Below, piece by piece: positions 63,301 through 64,000 of a stretch of 64,000 nucleotides of DNA. How positions within the stretch are numbered: position 1 is the stretch's first letter; every line of letters starts with the position of its first letter. The stretch spans positions 4,549,244 through 4,613,243 of the forward strand of contig BFEA01000030.1 of the NCBI GenBank assembly GCA_003427395.1. The letters run 5' to 3'. The notes beneath the pieces were generated by a model. It saw only the letters and a list, made by a program, of their open reading frames with translations, was not told where the DNA came from and made no database searches. The DNA comes from Chara braunii. Its lineage: Eukaryota; Plantae; Charophyceae. Position numbers and translations under genes: made by a program.

Positions 63301-63958
63301 CCCCTCATCACACTATCCCGCTTCACCTTAAACATTCGGACATCCTGCAGGATGACGATGACCTGACACAACTACGTGAGGCTGAGTCTGATGAGGATGC
63401 CCTTGCACTGGAACAGCCAAAAAAGTTGAGCACCCTCGTTAGACTCCAAGATGATGACAGCGTTTCGCTGGCCATGCCGCCAGGGGTGGCCCTCCTCCCG
63501 CTGCGAAGAACATCAGTTGGCGGGCAGTGGTTACTTGGACTCAGACCGCCACTCAACCACCCGAAGGAGCCTACGAGCCGGAGGGGACTGACTGTGGAAG
63601 GATGGAGAGGGAATCCGTCCATGCCAGTCATCCTTAAGAGACTCAAATATTGGATCAAGGAGACTGACACCGGCGGAGTGAAAGGAGTGGTCCTCCCAAA
63701 CACGCTGTCCTTCCCTAAAGGCGTTGTCCTGGTCATTCTGCTAATGGAACACCATGATGGCTCGAGCAAAGCCCACTCATAATTCACATGGTTCACACAT
63801 CACGAGCTTATGAACCTCTCCACTGAGAGGTTCAGAACTAACTATGCTTGGACCTTGCGCAGGGTGCTGCTTTTCATGCAGATACTCCTGGAAGACAACG
63901 TCTTGGAGGACTACCACCAGTGGGAGGACCCCCCTTTTGTACTTCCTGTTAAAACATA
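60400..63958 (+). pseudogene. Long P-rich/Q-rich reading frame, probably LINE ORF1 (ORF2 would lie beyond the window)
   Basis: ORFs 61221-62273, 62274-63107, 63120-63782 share one frame broken by single stops; C-terminal GVALLPLRR...QWLLGL parallels GMILLPVRL...EWEAGL of LINE-a ORF1. Confidence 0.55.
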
Positions 63959-64000
63959 AACGACTGAAGGACCGCCTTACGCCCCGATACTGAAATTCCT

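Overview
Eukaryotic, transposon-saturated DNA with seven assembly N-gaps and no recognisable host gene. The gag N-termini (MVDTRSG.ST.P..K.QEEQ.AA.L.ERKE) and LTR style suggest a charophyte alga such as Chara; this is inference from recall, not a search. Contents: (1) a degenerate Ty3/Gypsy element (1-16519, +) with ~2.5 kb LTRs, a nested ~4 kb insert and an extra post-integrase ORF; (2) two copies of a second Gypsy family (19999-27130 +, 52790-59489 -); (3) two decayed minus-strand L1/Tx1-type LINEs, a probable third ORF1 at the right edge, and LINE fragments; (4) several MITE-like families, a 472-bp TIR-less element with 8-bp TSDs, tRNA-like heads and microsatellites. The most striking signal is a ~53-nt module found about 10 times in full plus about 7 half copies, usually just 5' of poly(A) tails, including both LINE 3' ends. 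By hand it folds into two stacked H-type pseudoknots with compensatory changes between copies, often followed by a hairpin of variable sequence. A second candidate is a 5-unit array of self-closing ~165-nt structured repeats with variable linkers behind tRNA-like promoters (47403-48810). All folds and alignments were done by eye.
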